Assembly (NCBI GenBank): GCA_002269645.1
Contig: NIVC01002069.1
Location: forward strand, 62,001-126,000
Reading direction: 5' to 3'
Length of the DNA stretch: 64,000 nt
Source of the DNA: Macrostomum lignano
Lineage: Eukaryota
Under the pieces are notes generated by a model. The model searched no databases. It was given only the letters and a program-made list of their open reading frames with translations, and was not told where the DNA came from. This document shows, piece after piece, positions 13,168 to 26,200 of this stretch. Numbering within the stretch: position 1 is the stretch's first letter; each line of letters begins with the position of its first letter. Made by a program: the position numbers and the translations under genes.

Positions 13168-13782
13168 ATGCTGACCGCTTCAATTCGGCACATTTTCAAT
13201 TATGCATCGTTTGGTTCAAGAAATTTTCACCTGTCCGTCGTTCTACCGGCTGAGCCGTTGAAAAAGAAGAAACGCGTCGATCCGCAGGTGGAACTGGAAC
13301 GAATCCGAAAGAAGACCCGTCGTATTGAGAAAGAAATCAAACGATTAGAGCAGCGCGGTCGCTACTTGAAGCCGCTAGACGAAATTGAAGGCGAGCGACA
13401 TTTTATAAAAACTTTGGATAGTCGAGAGCGGAAATTGCCGGCGCCGTCAGAAACGGAAGTTGAACAGCGAGCCCTGCTAATGAAAGAATGGACCCGATTT
13501 AAATGGCGCCAACTAGATACAGAGTGCCAACTCTTAGCTAATCAACGCCGAGAACTATACAGAGCGATGCAGCATTTAAGGATGCTGGATCCGAGCTTAT
13601 TCGAATTGGCTACCCAACCCGATGAGTCTTTGTTAGGCCTGTCTTTGTCTGGCCCGTTGTACACTTTGCCGCAGTCGGCCGAAGTATTTGACGCAGTTGA
13701 TGGCGACTATCGCGATGTGACCCCGACCTACCGGTACACCTTCGAGGTGGACAAGAAGATGACCTTTGGAAAGAAAAAATGA
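13168..13782 (+). CDS. MRPL40: Mitochondrial ribosomal protein L40 (mL40), single exon, 204 aa
   Basis: N-terminus like a mitochondrial targeting peptide, then AEPLKKKKRVDP...IEKEIKRLE...LKPLDE...RALLMKEW, which is the MRPL40 signature. Confidence 0.9.
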   Translation: MLTASIRHIFNYASFGSRNFHLSVVLPAEPLKKKKRVDPQVELERIRKKTRRIEKEIKRLEQRGRYLKPLDEIEGERHFIKTLDSRERKLPAPSETEVEQRALLMKEWTRFKWRQLDTECQLLANQRRELYRAMQHLRMLDPSLFELATQPDESLLGLSLSGPLYTLPQSAEVFDAVDGDYRDVTPTYRYTFEVDKKMTFGKKK

Positions 13783-13987
13783 AGTCACTGTAGTAGCTAA
13801 AGTTCCTAACTGCTATATCATTTGTTATTTGTAATTTGCTAAATTGTTATGTTAGGCTATAATAAGCAATATGTCATATGTCTTTAATTGATAAAAGAAG
13901 CATTTTTATAACCGAAGAATTCACGTATATTATCACCGGCTGCGATTGGGGCTTTTGTGTTTTTGTTTATTTTATTTTTTTACCTAT

Positions 13988-14420
13988 GTCACAGATACTA
14001 GAATAACTAGATGGGCCACTCAGCAAATTTGCATGTAAACTACTTTCAGCTCAGTAGTAAGTTAAACAGAAGCATTTTAATGTATTTTACAGTCAAGGCT
14101 CAATTAATGGCTCTTACCCCTCAGCTTAAACACTTCAGCACCCTCCCCCGCCCCACCCCAATTTTTATTGCCTTTCTATGAATATCAGTCTAAAGCTGCC
14201 ATGTACATTTAAGTGGTTAATCTACATTATGTCTGAACCAATTAGCAAGTTGTTTACGCCTGCAAGCTTGGGCTTCTAAACCTATCAAAGTCATTTCAGC
14301 TGTCTTTATTTTTATAAAATAGCTTATATATTCTTCTTTGCTACTGAACTGAAAGTAGAAAGCTGTTTTACTACGTATATATGCCTGAGTGGCCCATCTA
14401 GTTATTCTAGTATCTGTGAC
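13988..14420. mobile_element. 433-bp MITE with perfect 36-bp TIRs and 4-bp CTAT target duplication (Sola-like)
   Basis: GTCACAGATACTAGAATAACTAGATGGGCCACTCAG at 13988 and its exact reverse complement ending at 14420. CTAT lies at 13984-87 and 14421-24. Confidence 0.85.
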
Positions 14421-14604
14421 CTATGTTTCTGTATTACTTTTAATTTAGGATTATTTTGAATAGCCAGCTAAAAAGCGTTTAAGAAACAATGAAAGAGACA
14501 ATAAAATAAGTTACACTAGCTTACAGCATTTTCTACTATTAGTAGCAGTATATATAACTTTGAACTTAACATTTTGCATGAACCAAAGCATTGAAAGTCA
14601 CGGC

Positions 14605-17600
14605 ATGTCCTCAGACGATTCGGCTGTTAAAAATCAGCAGCTGCACAAGCGACGGAAATCCGACGACAATGATGGCATTGTGGAAAAGCCAAGCGATTCA
14701 GATGATGACAGCAGTAGTGGCGGCAATTCTCCTCCAGAAGTGAAGAAAGCAAAGAAATCTCAGGCCAATGAGGCAGAAGCCAGCGGTAGTAGCCATTTGA
14801 AATTGTCAACTAAATCAGCTGCAGTGAAGACTCTACCACACGAGGATGTCTATCTTGACCGGCTGCCCTGCTCTCACTACTATGAGCGGTCGTATATGCA
14901 TCGAGCTCCAGTAACTCATGTAGGCTATAGTCAGCAGTGCGGCGTACTAGTCACGGCTAGTAGCGATGGTCATTTAAAGCTGTGGGCTAAGCAAGATCCC
15001 GGCATAGAATTCGTGAAGCATTTCCGAGCACATTTAGCTCCGGTATGCGATCTGGCTGTCAGTTGGAATGGCGAATTATGCGCTACAGCCGCCGCCGATG
15101 CCAAGGATCGATCGTTGAAGGTTAGCGAAAATTCTTTAAAACAGCCAAAAAAGTCACGTTTTTGGAACAATTTACTACCAACCGAAACTATTTCATACTA
15201 CTTGCTGAAGTAGTATAAGGTTTATAATACACTTTTCCTCCATAAATTGTGACACCTGAGTATTTTCCCGAATTTAGGCGACCATTTTTGAGCTTTCTGA
15301 CATTGCAGAAAGCCAATTAAAACATTTAACATTGCAAAGGGGTTGTAGCCTAATAGGTTAGAGCGTCGGACTCAACTGAAAGGTCGGGGGTTCGATTCTT
15401 GGCCCACTTGGAACAATTGGTGTCCTTGAGCAAGACGCTTAACTTTGCATTGCTTCAGTTCACCCAGCTGTAAGTAAAATGGGTGCCAGCATTAGCTGGG
15501 GTAATTGAGGCTGTGTGTGTGGCGTCCCCCAGTCCTTGGACTGAACAGCCGTCGGTTGACTCATTATGGCAGGTGTAATAAATCATTAAATTAATCAAAT
15601 AAGCATTGGTATTACAGAAACCCATTTCTCTGTAACTTTCCCCTTTAAAAAAACTCGCAGGTATTCGATGTTGGCAATTTCGACATGATCAACATGTGCC
15701 GATTGGACTTTTATCCTCATAAATTGGCTTGGATATTTGTTAGCGGCGATCCCGTAGCAGCTCTGGCTGTTAGCGATCGGGATTCGGCTAAAATTTGCGT
15801 CTTCGATGGGCGTGGATCGCGCGAACCGCTAAAGGTGATCGAAGGCTCTGGCCACGATTCGCCAGTGTCGGCGCTATGCTACAATGTCAAATTGGAGGTT
15901 GTCGTGTCGGCGGACACTGACGGCATTGTCGAATTCTGGTCAGGACCGAAGAGGAGCTACGAATTTCCTGAGCACTGTTTGAAATGGCAGTACAAAACTG
16001 ATACAGATCTGTTCGCTTGTTGTCAGGCGAAATCCTATGCCACGTTTGCCACGACGTCTAGTGATGGCCGATTGTTAGTGCTGCTGTGCAGCGATGCTAA
16101 AATACGGATTTTCAACTTTTTCACCGGAAAATTGTGGAAGGTAATTTTGTATGGCCGTGATTTGTTTTCTTATCCAATATGAGCAGTCAAATATTGAGTT
16201 AACTAGCATTATGAGCAGTTAAATATTGAACTAATTAATAATTTGAGCAGTCAAATATTGAAATAACATTATGAGCTGTCAAATATTGAACCAACATTAT
16301 GAGCAGTTAAATATTGAAATAACATTATGAGCAGTTAAATATTGAACTAACATTATGAGCAGTTAAATATTGAAATAACATTATGAGCAGTCAAATATTG
16401 AAATAACATTATGAGCAGTCAAATATTGAAATAACATTATGAGCAGTCAAATATTGAACCAACATTATGAGCAGTTAAATATTGAAATAACATTATGAGC
16501 AGTCAAATATTGAACCAACATTATGAGCAGTCAAATATTGAGTTAACTAGCATTATGAGCAGTCAAATATTGAACTAATTAATAATTTGAGCAGTCAAAT
16601 ATTAAACGTACGATAATGAGCAGTCAAATATTGAAATAACATTATGAGCAGTCAAATATTGAACCAACATTATGAGCAGACAAATATTGAACTAACATTA
16701 TGAGCAGAAAAAATATTGTTGAACTAACAATATGAGCAGACAAATATTGAACTAACATTATGAGCAGTCCAGTATTGTATTAACTAAAAATATGATCCAT
16801 CAAATTAAGTCATGCAAAATACCAATACCATAAAAATGAGCCAATCTTAATCCACCTGAATCTCGCACAGGTAATAGACGAGAGCGCCCAGTCCTATTCG
16901 GAGTTGCAACAGCGCAAGCCAATCTTAGCCGACATGGAGTTTGGCAAACGAATGGCAGTTGAAAAAGAATTAGATCGCAGCCAAGAGAATGCCCGATTTG
17001 GCAATGCCGTTATTGACGAAAGTAATAATTTTTTAATATACGCCACCCCGATTGGCGTGAAAGTGGTTAATCTAGTCACTAACCGTGTGTCCAGATTCCT
17101 TTGCCAACAAGAGAACGTACGCTTCGTCCGTTTGGCTCTGTGCCAAAGCCTGCCGAGCGCTAATCAGTTTAATAGCCTCTCATCTGGCGATGCCGGCTTG
17201 CATAGATTAGAACTTGAGCTAGCTGGAAATCCTCTGTTGAAAACTCCCGAGCCCGATCCCACACTGTTCTGCACCGGCTTCAAACGGAATCGATTCTATT
17301 TGATGAGCAGAAGAGAACCGGATCATAGCGGCTCGGAGAGGGACGTGCTGAATGAGAAACCAACTAAAGAAGAGATTCTAGCAGCCACGGAAGATTTTGA
17401 TCACACTCGACTAGCTAATGGCGGCATTTTGCACACCACAATGGGCGATATCGCCTTCAATCTGTTTCCAAAAGAGTGCCCAAAAACGGTGGAGAATTTC
17501 ACCGTTCACAGCCGCAATGGCTACTACAATGGCTTGCTGTTTCATCGCGTCATCAAAGGCTTCATGGTGCAGACTGGCTGCCCATTGGGCAACGGCACCG

Positions 17601-17884
17601 GTGGTCAGTCAATTTGGGGTGGCGAATTTCAAGACGAATTTTGTCCAAGCCTGAGACACGACCGACCCTACACTATGAGCATGGCCAATGCCGGCCCAAA
17701 CACAAACGGTTCGCAATTCTTTATTACCGTAGCGCCGACGCCTTGGCTAGACGATAAGCACACTGTGTTTGGCCGGGTCAAACAGGGCATGGATGTTCTA
17801 CAGAGAATTGCATCGGTTAAAACTAACGGCAAGACTGACAAACCATTGGAGGATATTCGTATTGTCAGCGTCACTCTTAAATAG
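14605..17884 (+). CDS. PPWD1: Peptidylprolyl isomerase domain and WD repeat-containing protein 1, 669 aa; exons 14605-15120, 15661-16140, 16871-17884 (alternative in-frame ATG at 14578)
   Basis: WD40 region (YERSYMHR, IEFVKHFRAHL, VFDVGNFDMINM) and a C-terminal cyclophilin (LHTTMGDI, PKTVENF, FHRVIKGFMVQTG, SMANAGPNTNGSQFFIT, WLDDKHTVFGRV). Both introns are phase 0 GT-AG. Confidence 0.97.
15339..15597 (+). mobile_element. tRNA-derived CORE-like SINE, copy 2 (PPWD1 intron 1)
   Basis: tRNA-like head GGGGTTGTAGCCTAATAGGTTAGAGCG...GGGTTCGATTC. Core at 15419-15483: GGTGTCCTTGAGCAAGACGCTTAAC...GCTTCAGTTCACCCAGCTGTAAGTAAAATGGG. Confidence 0.88.
16175..16790. repeat. 28-bp minisatellite (AATATTGAAATAACATTATGAGCAGTCA)n in PPWD1 intron 2
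   Basis: Read directly; about 21 variant units. Confidence 0.95.
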
Positions 17885-18464
17885 TTTGACAAAACAGTTT
17901 TATGGCCGCTTTCGCTTGACTGCTTTTTACATTGTGTTGTTGTCTTTAGTTACATGCTACTACTGCATCCGCTTAAACCTTATTTTGTTGATTCTTAATT
18001 CCTGCGCGGGACTTTAACTTACTTAATCTTATAATTACCTAAACGAGTCTTTATCGATTTCTTGATAAAAAACACCTGCATTGGATCTTTATCACCCTTC
18101 CTTATCTAAAATACCTGGATTGGGTCTTTATCACTCTGCATTGGGTCTTAAATACCTTCTCACCTGAAAGCTGTATTTAAAAAATTAGGGTATTGGCTAA
18201 AAGTATGACTTTATCATGCATCATTATCGTTGTTTTATAATTCGATTGTCCTATGACTTATTTATATGTCTGTAAATTAGTTTGTTGTAAATTTATTGTA
18301 TCATCTTGGCTTAGCCACAATATGCTGGGTGTGAAAATGATAAATTATAAATTATAACTTGTTAACTGTCTTTTTGTTCATTTATTTACTCCAATCGAGT
18401 TTAGGATTTATAAGTTAAGAAGTATAGTTAAATTTAACAATCCAATCCAAATTTAACAATTAAT

Positions 18465-18765
18465 ACCTACCTGTCTATCTACCTACCTCCATAACTACCT
18501 ACCTACCTACCTACCTACCTTCTTTATCTTTACCTACCTACCCCTACCAACTAATAATCTACACCTACCTATCTACCCATCTTCTACTTTCCTATCTACC
18601 CACCTACCTATTTATCTATCTATCTACCTACCTACCTACCTACCTACCTACCTACCTACCTACCTTAACTACCTATCTATCCCTACCACATAATAATCTA
18701 CACCTACGTATCTACTCATCATCTACTTTCCTGTCTACCCACCTACCTGTTTACCTTTCTACCTG
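18465..18765. repeat. (CTAC)n/(CTAT)n low-complexity microsatellite
   Basis: Read directly. Confidence 0.9.
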
Positions 18766-18941
18766 CGCCATGATGTATATTTTCAGTGACACTGGCCAAA
18801 TTTATATTACGGCTGCACCAGTAGCAAGTTGTTTTCTTGTTTTATAAAATCGCTTACGTATTCATTCATGCTACTAAGCTGCAAGTAATTTTGTTAAAAG
18901 AATGTCAATTAAATTATATTTAAATTTTGCTACAGCCAATA

Positions 18942-21371
18942 ATGAGCAGTACTAAGCCTAACGGACTACTGGACGATAGTAGTGCAAATGGCGAGTTAGA
19001 AGTTGCTTTAATACAGCCTGGCAGCAGCAAGCAGCAGAAGGGCCCTAATACCAGAGCTGTCTCTACGTCAGCTAGCGTGCCAGAAAATCTGCAGTCTTCC
19101 CAGCAGTCAAACAATGCCGGGGTTAATGACAATAATCGGCCGTCAAAGTGCCGCAGTCTTGGCAGTTTAAAAAGTACCGGCGTGTCCTCCCTGCTGCCCG
19201 GCTTCGATCGCCTTGACGGGGTCAGCGCCGGCCTGTCCTGGATGCTGCCCCCGGCTGTGTTCACCGAGCGTCGGCAAGGCAAATCCGCCGGCAGCAAAGG
19301 CGCGGACAAATCTGTTAAGAAATTCTACAAACGTCAGGATAATTTGATTGATCAATTTGATCGAATCTATTCAGAAATTGTTATGGACGATGGCAAATTC
19401 CAGGTAACTATTGATAGTCGAGCTACTGTTCGTTCTATTCGATTGGCTCAGCTGAGCTTCTTTGTTAACTTGTCGCTCGCCATTATCAAAGCTGTGGCTA
19501 TTTGCCTGTCTGGCTCGCTGTCAGTAATCAGCTCGCTAATTGACTCGCTCATTGATCTGGTTAGTGGAGTGGTTGTTTGGATCACTAATCACCAGGTGAA
19601 AAATCGCAATCCGTATTATTATCCGCAAGGTAAAACTAGATTGGAACCAGTGTCTATAGTGATATTGGCGGTAATTATGTCTACGTCTACTGTGCAAATT
19701 ATTATCAAAGCGTTGGAAAGCATCATCACCATGGCAACGGCTAGTCGGGCGGTGGTGCTTAGTTTCAATGCTAGTAGAATTATTGACAGCTGCTGTGTTT
19801 GGTGCAGCGGCAGCGAGAATATTTCAACTATGCACTATTTCGGCAATGACAAGGGTAAGTGCATGACAGTATGGGCCATTCTAAGCTTTATGGGTTAGGA
19901 AAAGCATTTTAGGTGCTGGATCAGTGCAGTGTCATGGGTCAGTGCAGTATCTTGGGTCAGTGTAGTGTCTTGGGTCAGTGCTGTGTCATGGGTCATTGCA
20001 GTGTCTTGGGTCAGTGTAGTGTCTTGGGTCAGTGCAGTGTCTTGGGTCAGTGTAGTGTCTTGGGTCAGTGCTGTGTCATGGGTCATTGCAGTGTCTTGGG
20101 TCAGTGTAGTGTCTTGGGCCAGTGTAGTGTCTTGGGTCAGTGTAGTGTCTTGGGTCAGTGCAGTGTCGGGTCAGTGTAGTGTCTTGGGTCAGTGCAGTGT
20201 CGGGTCAGTGTAGTTTCATGGGTCAGTGCAGTGTCTTGGGTCAGTGCAGTGTCGGGTCAGTGTAGTGTCTTGGGTCAGTGTAGTTTCATGGGTCAGTGCA
20301 GTGTCATAGAATCATGAGTCATTGGAGCATCGTGGGTCAGTAAAGCGTCAGTAGGTCATTTTGAATTCTTCATCATACATGAAAGTACGAGTGGAATGTA
20401 ATGCTATATAAGATTGCTAAATCTGTATTGAACTGCAATTTCAGAGCCAGAAGTGTTCAGCTACTACGTGTTCTACCTCATCGGTTCGGTAATTGCTATT
20501 AAGCTGACTCTCTACCTGCTGTGCAGCAGACTCGGCACAACTAGCAGCACAGAAGCTCTAGCCCAAGACCACAGAAACGATTGTATTTCGAATTCTAGCG
20601 TGCTAATCATGACGGTACTGTCTAGATACCTGTGGCCCTATTGCGATGCTATTGGCGCTCTGGGTATTAGCATCTATATTATCTACACCTGGGTGCAGAC
20701 GCTTAAAGAGCAGGTTAGTAACTCGGTGCCTTTTTTTCCCTGTCTTCTGCAATGATGTGCATGATTTACACGATTCAGATCCATATGAGGGCCAATTCCC
20801 AAGGCCGCTGTTTATGGGTGCGTACCTGGGTACAGTATTGGCGCACCTGTACTCTTAGCGTGTGCCCAGAGCCCTCATCAAGACGATAAGACGATTCAAC
20901 TATACATTACATGTATACTAGCAATCTAGTGCCCCCCTTCGGGGCGGCTAATAAGCGAGCCAACAAAGAATGGAATAAATTTTTTTAATAAACTACATGT
21001 AGCTTCTGACCTGACCTCTCAGCCTTGACATCTCAGCGATTACCCCCGTAAATACATCACAAATATTTCAGGTTCGTCTGCTCACAGGTTACACAGCCAA
21101 TCCGGATTTCCTCAAGCAGTTAACCTACATCTGTTTGAATCATCATCCATTAGTACTGGAAATTGATACAGTTCGGGCATTTCACATTGGCAATAATTTC
21201 TTAGTCGAAGTGGACATTGTCCTGCCGGAGACGTTGACTCTGCGCGAATCGCACGATATTGGCGAGTCTTTGCAGTGCAAATTGGAGAAACTGGAAGCTG
21301 TTGAACGCGCTTTCGTGCACCTGGACTACGAGTCCAGTCATCATCCGCATAGCGAGCACAAGCAGGTTTAA
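18942..21371 (+). CDS. Cation diffusion facilitator of the Mn-CDF / metal tolerance protein (MTP8-11-like) group, 493 aa; exons 18942-19854, 20445-20713, 21072-21371
   Basis: KKFYKRQ, SLIDSLIDLVSG, YPQGKTRLEP, AQDHRND, CDAIGA, and C-terminal DTVRAFHIGNNFLVEVDIVLP...SHDIGESLQCKLEKLEAVERAFVHLDYE. Splice phases 1 and 0 give 1482 nt in frame. Confidence 0.92.
19915..20335. repeat. 18-bp minisatellite (GGGTCAGTG(C/T)AGTGTCTT)n in transporter intron 1
   Basis: Read directly. It explains ORFs 19895-20213. Confidence 0.95.
20960..21050 (+). repeat. Dispersed repeat, homologous to the reverse complement of 44080-44245
   Basis: Shared TAAACTACATGTAGCTTCTGACCT...CTCAGCCTTGACA sequence. Confidence 0.7.
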
Positions 21372-21559
21372 GCGGTCTCTAACAGAAAAATTAATCAACT
21401 CATTTTTCATGCTAGATCAAGATGGTACAAAACTTTTCAACCATTTTTTGTCACAATTTTTTTGCAATCCTCGTTTTTCTACATCATTCGACTTCTTTTA
21501 TAATACGAGCGTGTAGTTTAAAAGCTTTATATTACAAAATCAACCTTTGTTCCGTCTGT

Positions 21560-21709
21560 TTAACCCGGCAGTCGGCTAACTTTGAAACTTCACAATAGCA
21601 ATCCGGCCCGCTCAAATTTGGTGTCTTCTCTTCTCTCTTTTCTCTCCTCTTCTGGCCCGCAGTCATGCGCTAGATTCTCTATCTGGTCCAAAGATTTTGC
21701 CAACCCCTG
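21560..21709. mobile_element. hAT-like MITE
   Basis: Ends TTTTGCCAACCCCTG. Internal CACAATAGCAATCCGGCCCGCTCAA matches the reverse complement of ~51475-51505 and also 29607-29620. Confidence 0.55.
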
Positions 21710-21739
21710 ATTTAACACGTTGAAAACGTTATCGTGATC

Positions 21740-21935
21740 AGAATCGACTGCTGTGACTTTTTAACGTCTCAAACCACTGTAATAGGATAGAGAGATGCCT
21801 GTTTAGTGACGAGCGCATCACGTGAGCGCATTGACGTCCTTGGCCACTTTAACCGCGACATATCGTCGTTTTATAGTCTTCTAGAGTCACTTCTTTCTGG
21901 TTTTACCTGTTTTACCTGCGACGACCCTCAGTAAA
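21740..21935 (+). repeat. Partial copy of a ~450-bp dispersed repeat family
   Basis: GTGACTTTTTAAC..CTCAAACCACTGT...CATCACGTGAG...AGAGTCACTTCTTTC...TTACCTGC is shared with 31075-31515, 50340-50690 and 54780-55275. Confidence 0.7.
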
Positions 21936-22384
21936 ATTAGTGTTCTTTGTCGCGAGTGTCTTAATTTAAAATATTAGATTAATAAATCAAATTAAAGTCA
22001 TTAATTAGCGTGTAGTTGTAGTTTTTAAAAAGATATTATAAGTATTAAATGCGAATAATTTGGCCTTATGCCCAGTATTACTTGTACCACTTGCTTCCTT
22101 TCCTGTCTACCGTAATTTAGTAGTGATCTATTAATATCTAACTGCCTTGGTAGATTTTAATATATCCGCATAATTTTTTATCATCTAGCTTCATTGCAAG
22201 CTTTTCTGCAATCTGTAGTTTGTGTCTGTCGCAGTTAATTTTTTAATTTCAATTAGTTTTAATTCTTTGTACAGAAAAATAAACTGGAAATATATCACAA
22301 TGGCGTCATATTTTTTTTGACATTCAACCAATGGCGACTTTTACTTACTATTTACGATTTAGATTAAGACTACATATGATTTCC

Positions 22385-23040
22385 TTTACACCCCTTGGCA
22401 CACCACTTTCACACCTTTTGGCACACCACTTTCACACTCCTTGGCACACCACTTTCACACCCCTTAGCACGCCACTTTCACACCCCTTGGCACACCCCTT
22501 AGCACACCCCTTTCACATCTCTTAGTGCACCACTTTCCCATCCCCCAGTGCACCACTTTCACACCCCCTAGCACACCACTTTCACACCCCCTAGCACACC
22601 ACTTTCACACCCCTTAGCACACCACTTTCGCATCTCTTAGTGCACCACTTTCCCATCCCTCAGTGCACCACTTTCACACCCCCTAGCACACCACTTTCAC
22701 ACCCCCTAGCACACCACGTTCACACCCCTTAGCACACCACTTTCGCATCTCTTAGTGCACCACTTTCCCATCCCTCAGTGCACCACTTTCACACCCCCTA
22801 GCACACCACTTTCACACCCCTTGGCACACCACTTTCACACGCCCTGGCACACCACTTTCACACCCGTTAGCACACCACTTTCACACCCCTTGGCACACCA
22901 CTTTCACACCCCTTGGCACACCCCTTGGCACACCACTTTCACACCTTTTGGCACACCACTTTCACACCCCTTGGCACACCACTTTCACACCCCTTGGCAC
23001 GCCCCTTAGCACACCACTTTCGCACCCCTTATCGCACCAT
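22385..23040. repeat. 23-bp minisatellite (GGCACACCACTTTCACACCCCTT)n
   Basis: Read directly. It is intergenic and explains ORFs 22331 and 22755. Confidence 0.95.
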
Positions 23041-23265
23041 TTTTACACCTCTTAGCTGCTAAGCTCTTCATCAATTAGCTGTAAATAAGGCCTGTATTAG
23101 CGTATAATTTTCCTGTTTTAGTATATCTGTATGATTAAGTATGATGAATGCTCTTGTCTTGTATAGATTTTTATAGACGTTAATAAAATTGCATGATCAA
23201 ATTTATACGCAGCAACCGTAAAGGGAAACAAATAAAATCCAATTATAAAAGGCATCAGCTTGACC

Positions 23266-26200
23266 ATGTTCCGCAGCAAGCAGCAGGTGGACAAGCAGGT
23301 GGCTAATATATTAAGCCGATCGCAAGATCCTCGTGAGCAGCAGACTCGCGGCTATCAGTTTGCTAAGCTGTATTTTGACGTTAAAGATTATCAATCTGCT
23401 AAACAACACGTTGAAATCTATTTGAAAGCTAATCCTGACTCGGCTCAGGCTCACTGTCTTAAAGCTCAAATTGTTGAAGCAATGAAAGACGATTCGGCAG
23501 CTTTGTGTGCCTATAAGCAGGCGTTCGAATTAGATAGAGGTCAGAAATCCTTGCTATTGTCAATCTGTTCCGTACTGACTAGACAGGCCGCCGCCGGCAG
23601 TCTTAGCGATACGGAATCGGCCAGAATGTGGCTAGAGAGAGCCGAAACCAATTTTCCTAGTAGTCCAGTTGTGTTGTCCTTGAAAACTAGACTTCTGGCA
23701 TCGGCTGGCGATCCTTCATCGGCAGCTAAAAATAGCAGCTCAGCCACGTCGGCGGCCGTCGATCTGTTCAACGCCGAGGTGGCTAAAAATCCTCGCGACG
23801 CTAATCGTCGTATTCAACTAATTGATCATTTAACTAAACTTGGCCGATTAAATGAAGCTTATAAAAACTGTTTAGACGCCGAATTAGTTGGTTGCCATTT
23901 CGATTCAATTGATTGGTATCGGCGTTATTCTAGTCTGCTAGCAGAGATTGGGCGAGTCACCGACGCCGGTGGCTCGTCTGGTGCGGTTGTTGCAGACTCT
24001 GGCAAACTGGCTCTACAACGGTTGCATTGTCAGCGTAGGCTAGCTTGGCTCTACTTTGCGTCCAGCGCCTCGGTTCCTGAGCTGGCTAATCAGCTTGGCA
24101 AACTGGACTCCATGCTGCAGCAGTATGCTGGCACTGTTAGCGAGGCCTGTCTAGCCGATATGGACGCCGAATTATTCGCTCTATCCGGTTTTTTATTGTG
24201 CAAACGGACAACTGTCCGACTGCTGACGGCTGAATCGGCTCGTAAGCCTTTGATCTACTTGATGCAGGCAGCTTTCACTGATACTAGCGCTGGCGAAGGC
24301 GGAACTGCCAACAGTAGTAATATTACTAATAATTTGCCTAATTATTCGGCACTTCGTCGCAGCATCGCCGGTCACATGGTTACAGCAATGACGTCATCCT
24401 CGGGCGCGTCGCTAGCCGAATCTGTTGGCACTTTTGCCGAATCGTCCACAGCCCGGCGTAGCGGCATAGCTGATTTAGTTTACTCGGACGCTAAACTTTC
24501 CGACGTGATTGCCAGATCGCGTCTAGCCGAGTCTCGTCTACATCGATCGATTTCTTTGTCAGCGCCAGGCCGAGAGCAGCAGCTGAATTTGGACGCCGAA
24601 GGCTGCGCCGCCAATGGCAATTGGACGGATTTTAATCAGGTAGCTTGGTGCCTTGATCGCTGGCGTTCGCCCGCCGCTGTCCGGTCGCTTGTCCTGGCCG
24701 GATTTCCCCGACTGCGCGACTCGACAAGCGTGATTTTCAATGAAGATGTCAGCAGTCCCGAGTCGCTTAGCAGAGTCGATATTCGACTGTTTCTATCGGC
24801 TGTTTGCCTGCTGTCGCAGGATTCCACTGGCCAGCAACAGCTGCCTGTGCCGCCTATGCTGCCTTGGAGTCGGCGTTGGTCCGGCTATGACGATTGCGTC
24901 ACCTTTTGGCGAGCCGCCGTCTGCCTAGCAACTAATTCGTCGTCTCAACTGGACACTCGCCAGCGTCGTTCTCTGACGCTAGGTTTAGAAGCTTTGCGCA
25001 ACTGCCTGATGCCGCTGCGCCTGCTGGCTCGTCTAGCCGATTTCTGGTCTTCTTCATCATCCCCAGCAACTAGCACAGCTGACGAAGCCGATGCTAATGA
25101 TTTGGCTATCGCTGCCCGTCTGTGGGAACGCGTAGTTCAAATTGTTCGCTCGGATAGCAGCGGCGGCGCCAGCTCTCGCCCAGCCGCTATGTTCGATATG
25201 GGCGGAGGCGTCGGACTGGCCGCTTGCACTCGGGCGGAGCTGGACGACTGGCTAGCTAACGGCCTGTCGTTTAGGGCCTCGCTAGCCGAGAAGAATGGCG
25301 ATATTGATACGGCTTTGGAGCTCTACTCGGAGATGCGAACTGCCGAGGGAGCGTATCACGCTGGGAAACTGTTGCTGAGTGCCGCTTGTGAGTTTTCAAA
25401 TTGCGTCTGCGCAAATACATGTACCAACCGGTATTCTAGTGCTACTGATATTGAATCGCGAATGTCCAAAGGTTCTTTAAGGATATTTAAGTTAGTGAAA
25501 TCTACAGAGGTGCTTAAAGAGTGGATCTATAGGGTGCTTAGTGTATGGATTAAAAGGTGCTTATAGAGTGAATCTACAGTAGCTTAAATACTCAATATAA
25601 GAATGCTTAAAGATTGAACCAAGAGATGCTTAAAAGAGTAAATCTAATGTCGCTTAAAGAGGGAAGAATCTAAGAGTGCTAGAAAGAGTGAATCTAAGGT
25701 TGCTTAAAAGAGTGAATCTAGAAATGCTTAAAAGAGTGAATCTAAGGGTGCTTAAAATAGTGAATCTAAGGTTGCTTAAAGCGAGAAGAATCTAAGAGTG
25801 CTAAAAAGAGTGAATCTAAGGTTACTTAAAAGAGTGAATCTAAGGTTACTTAAAAGAGTGAATCTAAGGTTACTTAAAAGAGTGAATCTAAGGTTACTTA
25901 AAAGAGTGAATCTAAGGTTACTTAAAAGAGTTAATCTAAGGTTACTTAAAAGAGTTAATCTAAGGTTGCTTAAAATAGTTAATCTAAGGTTACTTAAAAT
26001 AGTTAATCTAAGGTTACTTAAAAGAGTTAACCTAAGGTTACTTAAAAGAGTTAATCTAAGGTTGCTTAAAATAGTGAATCTAAGGTTGCTTAAAAGAGTG
26101 AATCTAAGGTTGCTTAAAATAGTGAATCTAAGGTTGCTTTAAAGAGTGAATCTAAGGTTGCTTAAAAGAGTGAATCTAAGGTTGCTTAAAAGAGTGAATC

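Noticed and set aside
12845-15420. tRNA genes at ~12850 and ~15340
   Set aside because: They have A/B boxes but no complete cloverleaf, and they continue into a shared CORE body and tail, so they are SINE heads.
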